A stretch of DNA of 64,000 nucleotides from Gammaproteobacteria bacterium (GTDB lineage Bacteria; Pseudomonadota; Gammaproteobacteria; Ga0077536), in NCBI GenBank assembly GCA_041984235.1, contig JBHIYN010000008.1, positions 220,673 through 284,672 on the forward strand, read 5' to 3'. Numbering within the stretch: position 1 is the stretch's first letter; every line of letters begins with the position of its first letter. This document shows positions 39,501 to 51,970 of the stretch, piece by piece. Position numbers and translations under genes: made by a program. Under the pieces are notes generated by a model. That model was not told the origin of the DNA, did no database searches, and saw only the letters and a list, made by a program, of their open reading frames with translations.

Positions 39501-40895
39501 GTGGCACTAGAGACGGCTGCCCGGCCACCCTCCGACAGCGCCACCGAAGCGCTCAAGGTCCCGCCGCATTCGATCGAGGCCGAGCAGGCCGTCCTCGGCG
39601 GCCTGATGCTGGACAACGAGGCCTGGGTACAGGTCTCCGACCGCATCACCGCGGAGGACTTCTACCGTCGCGACCACGGCGCGGTGTTCCGTGCCGTGGA
39701 AATGCTGGCCAACGAGAGCAAGCCGTTCGACGTCGTCACGCTCGCCGAGTGGCTGGAGAACCACGAGCAGCTCGATGCCGTGGGCGGCATGGGCTACCTC
39801 GCGCAGCTCGCCGAGAACACGCCCAGCGCCGCGAACATCGCCTCGTATGCCGACATCGTGCGGCAGCGCGCAATCCTGCGCCAGCTGGTTTCGGCGGGTA
39901 CGCAGATCACCGAGAGCGCGTTTCGCACCGAGGGCCGCAGCCCGGACGAGCTGCTCGACGTCGCCGAGAGCCTGGTGTTCGAGATCGCCGAGCGCGAGTC
40001 GCGTGGTCGGCGTGGTTTCCGTCCGATCAAGGAGCTGCTGGTCGATGCGCTGGATCGCATCGACCACCTGTTCCAGCGCGACAACCCGATCACCGGAGTC
40101 GCCACCGGGTTTTACGATCTCGACACCATGACGTCAGGTCTGCAACGCTCCGATCTCGTGATCATTGCCGGGCGCCCGTCGATGGGCAAGACCGCGTTCG
40201 CGCTCAACGTCGCGCAGAACGCCGCCATCAAGGAGCAGTTGCCGGTCGCCATTTTCAGCATGGAGATGCCCAGCGAGCAGCTCGCGATGCGCATGATGTC
40301 GTCGCTTGGCCGCATCGACCAGCACAAGGTCCGTACCGGGCGCCTGTCGGACGACGACTGGCCACGCCTGACGCACTCGGTCGGTATCCTCTCTGAAGTG
40401 CAGATGTTCATCGATGACACGCCGGCACTGACGCCCGGCGATCTGCGCGCGCGCTGCCGGCGGCTGGCGCGGGAGCATGGCCTGGGTCTGATCGTGATCG
40501 ACTACCTCCAGCTCATGCAGGTCCCGGGCACGAAGGAGAACCGGGCGACCGAGATTTCCGAGATCTCGCGCTCGCTGAAAGCGCTGGCCAAGGAACTCGA
40601 CTGTCCGGTGGTCGCGCTCTCGCAGTTGAACCGCAGCCTGGAGTCCCGCAACGACAAGCGCCCGGTGATGTCCGACCTGCGCGAGTCCGGCGCCATCGAG
40701 CAGGATGCCGACGTCATCATGTTCATCTACCGCGACGAGGTCTACGACGACGAGTCCGTCGACAAGGGCATCGCCGAGATCATCATCGGCAAGCAGCGTA
40801 ACGGCCCTATCGGCATGCGCAAGCTGCGCTTCTTCGGCGAGTACACCCTGTTCGAGAACCTCTCGCACGACGACTACGACGGGGCCCGCGAGTGA
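39501..40895 (+). CDS. dnaB: Replicative DNA helicase
   Basis: PPHSIEAEQAVLGG, GRPSMGKT, IDYLQLM, SDLRESGAIEQDAD and KQRNGP; no intein. Confidence 0.97.
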   Translation: MALETAARPPSDSATEALKVPPHSIEAEQAVLGGLMLDNEAWVQVSDRITAEDFYRRDHGAVFRAVEMLANESKPFDVVTLAEWLENHEQLDAVGGMGYLAQLAENTPSAANIASYADIVRQRAILRQLVSAGTQITESAFRTEGRSPDELLDVAESLVFEIAERESRGRRGFRPIKELLVDALDRIDHLFQRDNPITGVATGFYDLDTMTSGLQRSDLVIIAGRPSMGKTAFALNVAQNAAIKEQLPVAIFSMEMPSEQLAMRMMSSLGRIDQHKVRTGRLSDDDWPRLTHSVGILSEVQMFIDDTPALTPGDLRARCRRLAREHGLGLIVIDYLQLMQVPGTKENRATEISEISRSLKALAKELDCPVVALSQLNRSLESRNDKRPVMSDLRESGAIEQDADVIMFIYRDEVYDDESVDKGIAEIIIGKQRNGPIGMRKLRFFGEYTLFENLSHDDYDGARE

Positions 40896-41962
40896 CGCGG
40901 CCGGCGCGGGTGCTGATCGACCCGCGGGCAGCCAGCTACAACCTCTCGCTCGTCCGCCGCCTCGCACCCGCGGCGCGGGTGATGGCCGTGATCAAGGCCG
41001 ATGCCTATGGTCACGGCGTGCAGCGCATGGCCGCGATGTTCGAGCCGCAGGCGGATGCCTTCGCCGTGGCCTCGCTGGAGGAGGCGGTGGCGCTGCGTGA
41101 CGCCGGCATCCGCAAGCCGGTAGTCCTGCTCGAAGGTCCGTTCGAGGCGACCGAGCTGGCGACCATCGCCGGGCTCGGACTGGAGGTCGTGGTGCACACC
41201 GACGAGCAGGTCGCGATGCTGTGCGAGGCGCGGCGGCGGCTGCCCGTGTGGCTCAAGGTCGACACCGGCATGCACCGCCTGGGCTTCGCGCCGGCGCGCT
41301 TCGCGCAGGCGCGATCGGCGCTCGCCGAGGTTGCCGCGCCGCTGCGCTTCATGACGCATTTCGCCAACGCGCACCGGCGTGGCGATGCCAGCGTTGCGGT
41401 CCAGGCCGAGCGCTTCGGTACGCTGCTCGAGGGGATCGGCGGCGAGCGCAGCCTGGCCAACTCGGGCGCGCTACTGACGGCACCGGCGACGCACGCGGAC
41501 TGGGTACGCCCCGGGCTCATGCTCTACGGCGTGTCGCCCCTGGCCGGTGAGAACGGCGCGGACCTCGGCCTGCGCCCGGTGATGGCGCTGCGCTCGCGCC
41601 TGATTGCCGTGCGCCGGGTAGCCGCCGGCGAGGCGGTCGGCTACGGCGGCGCCTTCGTGTGCCCGGAAGAGATGCCGGTCGGTGTAGTCGCCTACGGTTA
41701 CGGCGACGGTTACCCGAGGCATGCCGGCACCGGTACCCCGGTGCTGGTCAATGGCGTTCGCACCCAGGTGATCGGCGAGTGTTCCATGGACATGATGACG
41801 GTCGATCTGCGCCCGGTACCGACGGCGCGTTTCGGGGACCCGGTGACGCTGTGGGGCGAGGGTCTTCCTATTGAGGACGTCGCACGCGCGTCCGGTACCA
41901 TCCCCTACGAGCTGCTATGCCGCGTGCGCATGCGGGCGCACTACGAGTACGGCGAGGCATGA
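40892..41962 (+). CDS. alr: Alanine racemase
   Basis: AVIKADAYGHG, KVDTGMHRLG, RPGLMLYG and GYGDGYPR. Confidence 0.96.
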   Translation: MTRPARVLIDPRAASYNLSLVRRLAPAARVMAVIKADAYGHGVQRMAAMFEPQADAFAVASLEEAVALRDAGIRKPVVLLEGPFEATELATIAGLGLEVVVHTDEQVAMLCEARRRLPVWLKVDTGMHRLGFAPARFAQARSALAEVAAPLRFMTHFANAHRRGDASVAVQAERFGTLLEGIGGERSLANSGALLTAPATHADWVRPGLMLYGVSPLAGENGADLGLRPVMALRSRLIAVRRVAAGEAVGYGGAFVCPEEMPVGVVAYGYGDGYPRHAGTGTPVLVNGVRTQVIGECSMDMMTVDLRPVPTARFGDPVTLWGEGLPIEDVARASGTIPYELLCRVRMRAHYEYGEA

Positions 41963-43317
41963 AGCAGAAGAAGCACTACCAGTGCGAGCAATGCGGCGCG
42001 ACCGCCAGCAAGTGGGCCGGGCAGTGCGCCGAGTGCGAGGCATGGAACACGCTGGTCGAACGTGTCGTCAGTCGTGCCGACGACAAGCGCCAGCGTTTCA
42101 CCGCTGGTGGCGCGGCCGCGCGCGTGCAGAGCGTGGCGGAGGTCGAGGTGGCGGAGCAGCCGCGTCTCGCCACCGGCCTGGCCGAGCTCGACCGCGTGCT
42201 CGGCGGCGGCCTGGTGCCCGGCTCGGTGGTCCTGCTCGGCGGCGACCCCGGCATCGGCAAGACCACGTTGCTGCTACAGAGCCTGGCCGCGGCGCGCAAG
42301 CTCAACGGGGTCGAGGCGCTGTATGTCAGCGGCGAGGAATCCGCGGCCCAGATTGCGCTGCGCGCCGAGCGTCTGCACCTGCCGGTCGCCGATCTCAAGC
42401 TGCTGACCGAGACCCATGTCGAGCGTATCCTCGCCGCGGCCAGCGAGGCGCGCCCGGCCATGCTGGTGGTCGACTCGGTGCAGACCGTCTACTCCGAGGA
42501 CCTGCAATCGCCGCCCGGCAGCGTGGCACAGGTGCGCGAGTGCGCCAGCCGGCTGGTCAGCTTCGCCAAGTCACGCGGAGTCGCGCTCTACCTCATCGGG
42601 CACGTGACCAAGGACGGCTCGATCGCGGGGCCGCGGGTGCTCGAGCACATGGTCGATGCCACGCTCTACTTCGAAGGCGATCCGGACGGACGCTACCGCA
42701 TGATCCGCGCGATCAAGAACCGCTTTGGCGCGGTCAACGAGCTTGGCGTGTTCCAGATGACCGACGGTGGCCTGCGCGAAGTCGCCAATCCCAGCGCCAT
42801 TCTGCTCTCGCGGCACGACGCGCCGGTGCCCGGCAGTGTGATCATGGTGACCCGCGAGGGCACGCGGCCGATGCTGGTCGAGGTACAGGCGCTGGTCGAC
42901 GAGAGCCAGCTCGGCAACCCGCGCCGTGTCACCGTGGGGCTGGACCAGAACCGGCTGTCGATGCTGCTCGCGGTGCTCAATCGACACGGCGGGGTGTCGA
43001 CGGCCGGCTGCGACGTGTTCGCGAACATCGTCGGCGGCGTGCGCGTCACCGAGACCGGCGCCGATCTCGCGATCGTGCTCGCGGTGCTCTCGAGCCTGCG
43101 CGATCGACCGCTGCCGCACGACCTGGTCGCTTTCGGCGAGCTCGGCCTGGCCGGTGAGATCCGTCCGGTTCCGGGCGGACCGGAACGCCTGCGCGAGGCG
43201 GCCAAGCATGGCTTCACGCGCGCCATCGTGCCGCGCGGCAACGTGCCCAAGCCGCTGCCCGAGGGCATGCAGGTCACCGTCGTCTCACGGCTGGGTGAAG
43301 CCTTGCAGGCGGTTTGA
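41959..43317 (+). CDS. radA: DNA repair protein RadA/Sms
   Basis: C4 zinc finger (CEQC/CAEC), GDPGIGKT and KNRFG. ATG 41959 overlaps the alr stop. Confidence 0.96.
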   Translation: MKQKKHYQCEQCGATASKWAGQCAECEAWNTLVERVVSRADDKRQRFTAGGAAARVQSVAEVEVAEQPRLATGLAELDRVLGGGLVPGSVVLLGGDPGIGKTTLLLQSLAAARKLNGVEALYVSGEESAAQIALRAERLHLPVADLKLLTETHVERILAAASEARPAMLVVDSVQTVYSEDLQSPPGSVAQVRECASRLVSFAKSRGVALYLIGHVTKDGSIAGPRVLEHMVDATLYFEGDPDGRYRMIRAIKNRFGAVNELGVFQMTDGGLREVANPSAILLSRHDAPVPGSVIMVTREGTRPMLVEVQALVDESQLGNPRRVTVGLDQNRLSMLLAVLNRHGGVSTAGCDVFANIVGGVRVTETGADLAIVLAVLSSLRDRPLPHDLVAFGELGLAGEIRPVPGGPERLREAAKHGFTRAIVPRGNVPKPLPEGMQVTVVSRLGEALQAV

Positions 43318-43405
43318 GACGCCGACATCGCGGGCGTGGCGGATGTCACGCCGGCGTCGCCCGCGTATAGTCCTGTTCCGTTCCCGATCGCAGCCAGGAG
43401 TCGCC

Positions 43406-43867
43406 ATGAGCGCCAAAGCCGCCGCCCAACCCGCCTTCGACCTCTACGACCATGCCATTGACTGGCAGCCCTTCGCCGGTATCGAGAACCTCGAGCTGAC
43501 CTTGTGCGATGTCGACGAGGAGCGCCAGATCGTCGACCTGCTGGTGCGTTTCGCCCCCAACAAGACGGTCACGATGCACAACCACCTGGCGCAGACCAAC
43601 ATGTTCATCGTGCAAGGCGAGCTGCGCATGTACGAGCCGGACGGCAGCGTGCGGGAAGTCCGGCCGGCGGGCAATTACTATCGTGGCCGCCGCGACGATG
43701 CGCACAGTGAAGGCGGCGGTCCGGACGGTGCGGTGGTGTTCTACAGCGTGCGTGGCCACGGTGCGCCCGAGATCCTGCAAATCATGGACGACGAGGCCAA
43801 CGTCCTCGCCACCCTCGACATGGACGACATCCGCGCCGCCTGGAACGCCCAGCATGACCGCGCCTGA
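43406..43867 (+). CDS. Cupin protein (ChrR/DAD/Dke1-like, 3-His)
   Basis: IDWQPF, MHNH, VQGEL and AHSEGG; AGGAG RBS. Confidence 0.7.
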   Translation: MSAKAAAQPAFDLYDHAIDWQPFAGIENLELTLCDVDEERQIVDLLVRFAPNKTVTMHNHLAQTNMFIVQGELRMYEPDGSVREVRPAGNYYRGRRDDAHSEGGGPDGAVVFYSVRGHGAPEILQIMDDEANVLATLDMDDIRAAWNAQHDRA

Positions 43868-43903
43868 CGGCCACCCGGGAACGGCGCCCCGCGGCTGCCC
43901 GGC

Positions 43904-45208
43904 TCAGCCGTCGCCCGCGTCCGGGATCGCGGCTTCTTCCGCGGCGTCGCTGCCGATGACGGTCAGCCGGGCAGTCTTCACCGCGCGCTCGTAGGTCTGC
44001 ACGATCTCGATCGTAATCTCGCCGAGCCGGAACGCGGTGCCGGTCACCGGGATGTCCTCCAGCGTCTCGAGGATCAGGCCGTTGATGGTCTTGGGTCCGT
44101 CGGTGGGCAGGCCGAAGCCGTAGGCGCGATTGATCTCACGGATATTGGCGCTGCCGTCGACCAGGAAACTGCCGTCGTCCTGCGGATACACGTCACGCAC
44201 GTGGATCTGCGGATCGGTAGTGAACTCGCCGATGACCTCCTCCAGCAGGTCTTCCAGCGTAACCAGGCCGACGATGTCGCCGTATTCGTCGACGACGAAG
44301 GCGAAGCGCTGGCGTTGCTTCTGGAAGTTCAGCAGCTGCACGTACAAGTCCGTCGTCAGCGGAACGAAGTAGGGCTCGCTCAGCATGCCGCGCAGGGCCT
44401 CGACGTCGAAATCGTCACCGGCGCGCAGCGTGCGCGTAACGCGCTTGAGGTGCAGCACGCCCTGGATGTCGTCCAGATTGCCGGCATAGCAGGGTACGCG
44501 CGTATGCCGACAGGACACGAGCTGGTCGACGATCTCGGCCCACTCGTCTTGCAGGTCGATGCCGTTGATCTCAGCGCGCGGCACCATGATGTCCTCCACC
44601 GTCGCACTCTCCAGGTCGAGGATGCCGAACAGCATCTCGCGGTGCTTGTTCGGGATCATCGCGCCGGCCTCCTTGACCACGGTGCGCAGCTCTTCGCGAC
44701 TGAGCGGGTCTTCGGAACGGCCGATCTCCTTGACCCCGAGCACGCTCAGGATGCCGTTGGACAGCTTGTTCAGTGCCAGTACCAGCGGGTAGAACAGCCA
44801 CATCAGTACCCGCAGCAGCAGCGAGGAAGGGAAGGCGACGCGCTCGGGATGGATGGCGGCGAGCGTCTTCGGCACGACCTCGGCGAAGATCAGCACCACC
44901 GCGGTGAGGGCGAAGGTCGAGGCGATCAGCCCGCGTTCACCGATCAGCTCCAGGGTCAGAACGGTTGCGATCTGGGCGGCGAGGATGTTGACGAAATTGT
45001 TGCCGAGCAGGATCAGGCCGATCAGGCGATCGGGCCGGTCGAGCAGCTTCTGCGCGCGCCGTGCACCGGCGTGCTCGCGCTCGGCAAGGTGTTTGAGACG
45101 ATAGCGGTTGAGCGCCATCATCGCCGTCTCGGAGCTGGAGAAGTAGGCCGACGCCACGATCAGGGCGATCAGCGCGACGACCAGCGGGATCAGGGGGAAC
45201 TCTGGCAT
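43904..45208 (-). CDS. HlyC/CorC (CNNM + CBS) family transporter, YfjD-like
   Basis: SAYFSSSETAMM, ILLGNNFVN, FAEVVPK and VVDEYG..GLVTLEDLLEE. Confidence 0.92.
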   Translation of the reverse strand: MPEFPLIPLVVALIALIVASAYFSSSETAMMALNRYRLKHLAEREHAGARRAQKLLDRPDRLIGLILLGNNFVNILAAQIATVLTLELIGERGLIASTFALTAVVLIFAEVVPKTLAAIHPERVAFPSSLLLRVLMWLFYPLVLALNKLSNGILSVLGVKEIGRSEDPLSREELRTVVKEAGAMIPNKHREMLFGILDLESATVEDIMVPRAEINGIDLQDEWAEIVDQLVSCRHTRVPCYAGNLDDIQGVLHLKRVTRTLRAGDDFDVEALRGMLSEPYFVPLTTDLYVQLLNFQKQRQRFAFVVDEYGDIVGLVTLEDLLEEVIGEFTTDPQIHVRDVYPQDDGSFLVDGSANIREINRAYGFGLPTDGPKTINGLILETLEDIPVTGTAFRLGEITIEIVQTYERAVKTARLTVIGSDAAEEAAIPDAGDG

Positions 45209-45223
45209 GGGACGCGCGGCCGA

Positions 45224-46021
45224 TCAGGCGCGCTGCAGGATGAGTTCGAGCGCGATCTTCGAACCAAAGAAGCCGACGGCGAGGAAGGTGGTGCCGACGA
45301 TAACGTACTTGACCGCGCGGCGCCCGCGCCAGTGCGCCAGGCGGCGCCCGGCAACGAGCACCGCGAACGTCGCCCACGCCAGCACCGAGAACACGATCTT
45401 GTGCGCAAGGTGCTGTCCGCGGATGTCCTCGACGTAGGCGCCGCCCAGCACCAGGCCGATGCTCAGCAGCACGAACGCGATGCCAGTGAGCTGGAACATC
45501 AGGCCCTCCATCACCGGCAGCGGCGGCAGGAAACCCATCACGGGCACATGCTGCTTGAGCCGGTGCTCGGCGAAGGCGAGGTAGATCGCCTGCAGGGCGG
45601 CAATCGCGAACAGGCTGTAGGCAACCAGCGAGAGCGCGATGTGCAGGGCCAGTCCCGGTGAGTGGCGCACCAGGTGCTGGTGGGAGAAGACCAGCGAGAG
45701 TGCGATGATCAGCGCCGCGAAGGGCAGTATGACCACCGCCAGGCTGGCCACCGGTCGCCGCAGCGTGGCCAGTACCGCCACGCCGGCGACGATCCAGGCG
45801 ACCAGCGAGGCGGCGGTGAAGATGCCCAGGTTGATGCCGCCGCTGGTGATCGCCATCGGGTACAGGGTGAAGGCGTGGGCGGTCAGCGCGAGCAGGGCCA
45901 GCAGGCCGGTCGCCGAGCGCAGGGAGAAGCTCCCGTGGTCGGCAGCGACGCGCGCGGACGAGCGCACGGCGACCGCGATATACAGCGCGATCGCGACGAC
46001 ACCGGAAAAAACGACGTTCAT
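45224..46021 (-). CDS. Cytochrome c assembly family membrane protein, YpjD-like
   Basis: HIALSLVAY, LPPL..ME, HKIVFS and YFGSK-like FFGSK; divergent from ffh. Confidence 0.85.
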   Translation of the reverse strand: MNVVFSGVVAIALYIAVAVRSSARVAADHGSFSLRSATGLLALLALTAHAFTLYPMAITSGGINLGIFTAASLVAWIVAGVAVLATLRRPVASLAVVILPFAALIIALSLVFSHQHLVRHSPGLALHIALSLVAYSLFAIAALQAIYLAFAEHRLKQHVPVMGFLPPLPVMEGLMFQLTGIAFVLLSIGLVLGGAYVEDIRGQHLAHKIVFSVLAWATFAVLVAGRRLAHWRGRRAVKYVIVGTTFLAVGFFGSKIALELILQRA

Positions 46022-46138
46022 GGGTACGCGCGGCAGGCCACAGGGAGCGTTGATGATGGCATAATTGCCGATGCTTATGAAGCGCGCCGGTCGCGCGCTT
46101 TTTCCCTTTTCAATCAATACCTTCATCCCGTATCAGCC

Positions 46139-47503
<1,365 letters not shown>

Positions 47504-47587
47504 TCGCGTCGCGCCGGGTGCGGCCCGCGCGCGGTGCGGGCCGAATCGCAATCGTGCAAATCCGCGCCCAGGCGCGAGAGGCAGGCC

Positions 47588-49882
47588 ATGAACAAGAAAG
47601 ACGAGAACCTGTACGAGCGCGCGCTGGAATACCACGTGTTTCCGCGGCCCGGCAAGATCGAGATCGCCCCGACCAAGCCGCTCGCCAACCAGAACGACCT
47701 CGCGTTGGCGTATTCGCCGGGGGTCGCTGCACCGTGCGAGGCGATCGCGGCCGACCCGGGCACCGCGCCGCTGTACACCGACCGCGGCAACCTGGTCGCC
47801 GTCATCACCAACGGCTCCGCGGTGCTCGGTCTCGGCAACATCGGGCCGCTGGCAGCCAAGCCGGTCATGGAAGGCAAGGCGGTGCTGTTCAAGAAGTTTG
47901 CCGGCATCGACGTGTTCGATATCGAGATCGACGAATCGGATCCCGATCGCCTGGTCGACATCATCGCCAGCCTGGAGCCCACGTTCGGCGGCATCAACCT
48001 CGAGGACATCAAGGCACCCGAGTGTTTCTTCGTCGAGCAGAAGCTCAAGGACCGCATCAAGATCCCCGTCTTCCACGACGATCAGCACGGTACCGCCATC
48101 ATTGCCGCCGCCGCCATCCTCAACGCGATGGAGTTGGTCGGCAAGGACCTCGGCCAGGTGCGGCTGGTCGCGTCCGGTGCCGGCGCCGCGTCCATCGCCT
48201 GCCTGCGCCTGCTCGATTCGCTGGGTCTGCCGCGCGACAACATCCTGGTCACCGATCGCGCCGGTGTCATCTACGAGGGGCGCGTCGAGCAGATGGACGA
48301 GCACAAGGCCTTCTTTGCGCGCGAGACCCCGCATCGCACGCTGGCCGAGGCCATCGCCGGCGCCGACATTTTTCTCGGGCTGTCGGGCCCCGGCGTGCTC
48401 AGCGGCGAGATGGTGGCGGACATGGCCGACAAGCCGTTGATCCTGGCGCTGGCCAATCCGACGCCGGAGATCATGCCGGAGGAGGCACGCCGCGCACGTC
48501 CCGATGCCATCATCGCCACCGGCCGTTCGGATTATCCGAACCAGGTCAACAACGTCCTCTGTTTTCCCTACCTTTTCCGCGGCGCGCTGGATGTCGGCGC
48601 GACGACCATCAACGAGGACATGAAGCTGGCCTGCGTGCGTGCGCTGGCGCGCCTTACGCGCCAGGAGGCGTCAGACGTGGTGCTGGCGGCCTACGGCGGC
48701 AAGGCGCTCAGTTTCGGCCCCGAGTACCTCATTCCCAAGCCGTTCGATCCGCGCCTGATCACCGAGCTGGCGCCGGCAGTGGCCGAGGCGGCGATGGCGA
48801 GCGGGGTCGCGACCCGGCCGATTGAAGACCTGCGCGAGTACCGCGCCAGCCTGTCCAAGTTCGTGTTCCAGTCGGTGCTGCTGATGCGGCCGATGTACGA
48901 GAAAGCGAAGCTGTCGAAGAAGCGCGTTGCCTATGCTGACGGTGAGAACCCTACCGTGCTGCGCGCCGTGCAGACGGTGGTCGACGACGGCATCGCCCAG
49001 CCGGTGCTGATCGGACGACCGCGGGTCATCGGCAAGCGGATTCGCGAGCTCGGGCTGCGCATGCAGTCCGGCGTCGACTTCGAGGTCGTCAACCCGGAAT
49101 CGGATCGACGCTATCGCGAGTACGCTGATTTCTACCACGAGATCATGAAGCGCAAGGGCATCACTCCGGCCGACGCGCGTGACGTATTGCGTGCCAACAC
49201 GACCGTCATCGCCGCGTTGCTGGTGCGCAAGGGCGCAGCCGACGCCATGCTTTGCGGCCTGGCCGGGGAATACCACGATCACCTGGTGCACGTGCGCGAC
49301 ATCCTCGGCGCGCGCGACAGCGGTGTGGACATGGCGGCGATGAACGTGCTGGTCCTGCGCAAGGGCACGTTTTTCGTGTGTGACGCCTACGTGCATCCGG
49401 AGCCGACCGCTGCACAGCTCGCCGCCATGACCGTGCTCGCCGCCGAACGCGCGCGCCAGTTCGGTGTCGAGCCCAAGGCGGCACTGCTGTCACATTCGAA
49501 TTTCGGTACCAGCCACACGCCGGCTGCGCTGCGCATGCGCGAGGCGCTGAACCTGATCCGGCAGACCGCGCCCGATCTCGAGATCGACGGCGAAATGCAT
49601 GCCGACGCTGCGCTGATCCCGGCGATCCGCGAGCAGGCCCTGCTCGACTCGACCCTGCACGGGCAGGCCAATCTGCTGGTCATGCCGGGCATGGACGCAG
49701 CCAACATCGCGCTCAACCTGCTGACGGTACTCGGTGAAGGCGTCGCGGTCGGCCCGATCCTGCTCGGCTGCCGCTACGCCGCCCATATCCTGACCCCGTC
49801 GGCGACCGTGCGTCGCGTGATCAACATGAGCGCGGTAGCCGTCGTCGACGCCCAGCTGGCGGCGGCGGCCGCCTCCGCCTGA
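47588..49882 (+). CDS. maeB: NADP-dependent malic enzyme with phosphotransacetylase-like domain
   Basis: [36 protein letters not shown] and a C-terminal PTA domain (IDGEMHAD). Confidence 0.95.
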   Translation: MNKKDENLYERALEYHVFPRPGKIEIAPTKPLANQNDLALAYSPGVAAPCEAIAADPGTAPLYTDRGNLVAVITNGSAVLGLGNIGPLAAKPVMEGKAVLFKKFAGIDVFDIEIDESDPDRLVDIIASLEPTFGGINLEDIKAPECFFVEQKLKDRIKIPVFHDDQHGTAIIAAAAILNAMELVGKDLGQVRLVASGAGAASIACLRLLDSLGLPRDNILVTDRAGVIYEGRVEQMDEHKAFFARETPHRTLAEAIAGADIFLGLSGPGVLSGEMVADMADKPLILALANPTPEIMPEEARRARPDAIIATGRSDYPNQVNNVLCFPYLFRGALDVGATTINEDMKLACVRALARLTRQEASDVVLAAYGGKALSFGPEYLIPKPFDPRLITELAPAVAEAAMASGVATRPIEDLREYRASLSKFVFQSVLLMRPMYEKAKLSKKRVAYADGENPTVLRAVQTVVDDGIAQPVLIGRPRVIGKRIRELGLRMQSGVDFEVVNPESDRRYREYADFYHEIMKRKGITPADARDVLRANTTVIAALLVRKGAADAMLCGLAGEYHDHLVHVRDILGARDSGVDMAAMNVLVLRKGTFFVCDAYVHPEPTAAQLAAMTVLAAERARQFGVEPKAALLSHSNFGTSHTPAALRMREALNLIRQTAPDLEIDGEMHADAALIPAIREQALLDSTLHGQANLLVMPGMDAANIALNLLTVLGEGVAVGPILLGCRYAAHILTPSATVRRVINMSAVAVVDAQLAAAAASA

Positions 49883-49883
49883 C

Positions 49884-50411
49884 TCAGGGGGACGTGGTGC
49901 TCACCGCCGTGTTGTCGCGGCCGTGCGCGGCGAGGAAGGCGTCGAGCAGCTCGTCGACATAGCCGTACATGCGTCGCAGGTCGGTCGGATTGATGACCCC
50001 GTTGCGGCCCTGCGACCACACGGTATCGGAGATGAAGGCACCGCTACCGGCCGGCAGCGGCAGCTTGCGGGCGAGGCGCAGGGCGAGGCTGTAGGAGTAG
50101 AGGCCGTACGGATCCTGGTTGGTGTGCAGCCTGACCGTGAGCCGGCTGGCGTCGTCGTCCGCCGCGGCGGCGTCCTCGAGCACCGTCAGTCCGACGCCGG
50201 TCAGCCGGTCGCGCACCCGTTGCCGAAGCTCTGCAGCCTGCAGGCCATAACGGGCGAAGTCGTCCGGTACGCCTTCGACGTGCACTTCCACGCGCGCTAC
50301 GCCGCGCAGCGCGCCGGCGCTGAAGCCGGGGTCGGCGGCGAAGCAGGCGCCGGCCAGCAGCATGGCGGTGCCGGCGAGCAGGCAGAGGGCGGAAAAGCGC
50401 AGACCGGACAT
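49884..50411 (-). CDS. Hypothetical exported protein
   Basis: Signal-peptide-like N-terminus, GGAG RBS and typical codon usage; co-oriented directly after dsbB. Confidence 0.6.
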   Translation of the reverse strand: MSGLRFSALCLLAGTAMLLAGACFAADPGFSAGALRGVARVEVHVEGVPDDFARYGLQAAELRQRVRDRLTGVGLTVLEDAAAADDDASRLTVRLHTNQDPYGLYSYSLALRLARKLPLPAGSGAFISDTVWSQGRNGVINPTDLRRMYGYVDELLDAFLAAHGRDNTAVSTTSP

Positions 50412-50423
50412 GGCAGATCTCCT

Positions 50424-50966
50424 TCAGGCCGCCGCCGGCCGCGTCGTTCGCCATACGAGCCAGGCGGCATGGGCGATGAACATCAGCGCGAAGCACAACA
50501 ACGACCACTCCGCGATCGAGGCGCCGAGGAAGGTCCAGTCCACCGTCGCGCATTCCCCGGTCCCCCTGAGTGCGGTCCTGATGACCTCGGCCAGCGGGTA
50601 GACCTCGAGCATGAATTCGAGCCCGGGACCACATTCCGGCACGCGGTCCTCGGGCAGGTGCTGCAGCCATACCTGGCGCGCGGCGATGGCGGCGCCGAGC
50701 GCGGCGAACAGCATGACCGCAGCGCCATAGATGCGGGTGCCGATGTGGCCCGGAGCATGCACGGCACCCACCACACCGACCGCGGCGATCGCCATGTAGC
50801 ACAGGCGCTGGAATACACACATGGGACACGGCTCCAGGCCGTCGTGGAACTGCAGATAGTAGCCGTAGCCGAGCAGCGCGATACACGCCAGGGCGGTCGC
50901 GGCGAGGAACCAGCGGGGCTGAAAAATGAACACGAGCGGGTGCTTCACGTCGGTCACAGCGGACAT
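50424..50966 (-). CDS. dsbB: Disulfide bond formation protein B
   Basis: EPCPMCVFQR, a second Cys pair (PECG...GECA) and four TM helices. Confidence 0.92.
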   Translation of the reverse strand: MSAVTDVKHPLVFIFQPRWFLAATALACIALLGYGYYLQFHDGLEPCPMCVFQRLCYMAIAAVGVVGAVHAPGHIGTRIYGAAVMLFAALGAAIAARQVWLQHLPEDRVPECGPGLEFMLEVYPLAEVIRTALRGTGECATVDWTFLGASIAEWSLLCFALMFIAHAAWLVWRTTRPAAA

Positions 50967-50977
50967 TCTAGCGCCGA

Positions 50978-51970
50978 TCAGCGTTGCTCGAAGCCGCGCA
51001 GGTGCTCGACCAGGCGGCGGTCCAGCCAGTAGCGCGGTCCCCGCGCAGCGACGAAACCGACATGCCCGCCGCGCGCGCTGAGCTCCAGCGTGACCGCGCC
51101 GGACAGCTCACTGGCGTGCGGAACCGCGTGGCGCGGGACGAAGGGATCGTCCTCGGCGTGAACGATCAGGGTCGGTGTGGCGATGCGTGAGAGCCACGGG
51201 CGGCTGCTCGCGCGGTCGTAGTAGTCGACCGCGTCTCGAAAGCCGTGCAGCGGTGCGGTGACCGCATCGTCGTAGCTGCGGAAGTTGCGCAGCGCGCCGA
51301 TGTCGCCGACGCTGATGGGCGGCGCACGACGGGCGAACTTGGCGCGGAACCTGGCACGCATGGAGCTGAGCAGCCGGTGCTGGTAGAGGCGCGAGAAGCC
51401 CTGGTCGAGGCGGTCGGCACAGGCGCCGAGATCGAAGGGCACCGAGACCGCCGCCGCGGTTGCCAGCGGGTTGTCGGGGCCGGTTTCGCCCAGCCATTTC
51501 AGGAGCACGTTGCCGCCGAGCGAGAACCCGATGGCGGCGAACGGCGCGGCGCCCGTGCGCCTGGTCAGCGTGTCGACGACGAAGGCCAGGTCGCCGGTGT
51601 CGCCGGAGTGGTAGCTGCGGTCGAGTCGGTTCGGCTCGCCGCTGCAGCCGCGGAAGTGCATCAGCACGCCGCGGTAGCCGGACGTATCGAGAGCGGCGAG
51701 CAGTGCACGCGCGTAGCTCGATTCGTGGCTGCCCTCGAGTCCGTGCAGGATCAACACCAGCGGCCCGCTGCGCGCGCCGCTCCAGGCGAGGTCGAGAAAA
51801 TCGCCGTCGGGCAGCTCGAGACGCTCGAAGCGCAGCGCGGAACGCGGCACACGGCGGCATGCGCTGGCCCAGATCGTCGGCAGGTGGGGGCCCGGCAGCC
51901 AGGGCGCCGGGCGGAAATCGCGCGGCGCGACGATCCGGCCATGGGGCGCCGCGGAGGCGTCAGTCGACAA
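50978..51970 (-). CDS. YheT-like alpha/beta hydrolase
   Basis: LELPDGDFLDL, HGLEGS, FRGCSGEPN, GFSLGG, DDPF and GGHVGF; start uncertain. Confidence 0.88.
   Translation of the reverse strand: MSTDASAAPHGRIVAPRDFRPAPWLPGPHLPTIWASACRRVPRSALRFERLELPDGDFLDLAWSGARSGPLVLILHGLEGSHESSYARALLAALDTSGYRGVLMHFRGCSGEPNRLDRSYHSGDTGDLAFVVDTLTRRTGAAPFAAIGFSLGGNVLLKWLGETGPDNPLATAAAVSVPFDLGACADRLDQGFSRLYQHRLLSSMRARFRAKFARRAPPISVGDIGALRNFRSYDDAVTAPLHGFRDAVDYYDRASSRPWLSRIATPTLIVHAEDDPFVPRHAVPHASELSGAVTLELSARGGHVGFVAARGPRYWLDRRLVEHLRGFEQR

Noticed and set aside
39501-40895. Intein in DnaB
   Set aside because: The length (464 aa) and motif continuity are normal.
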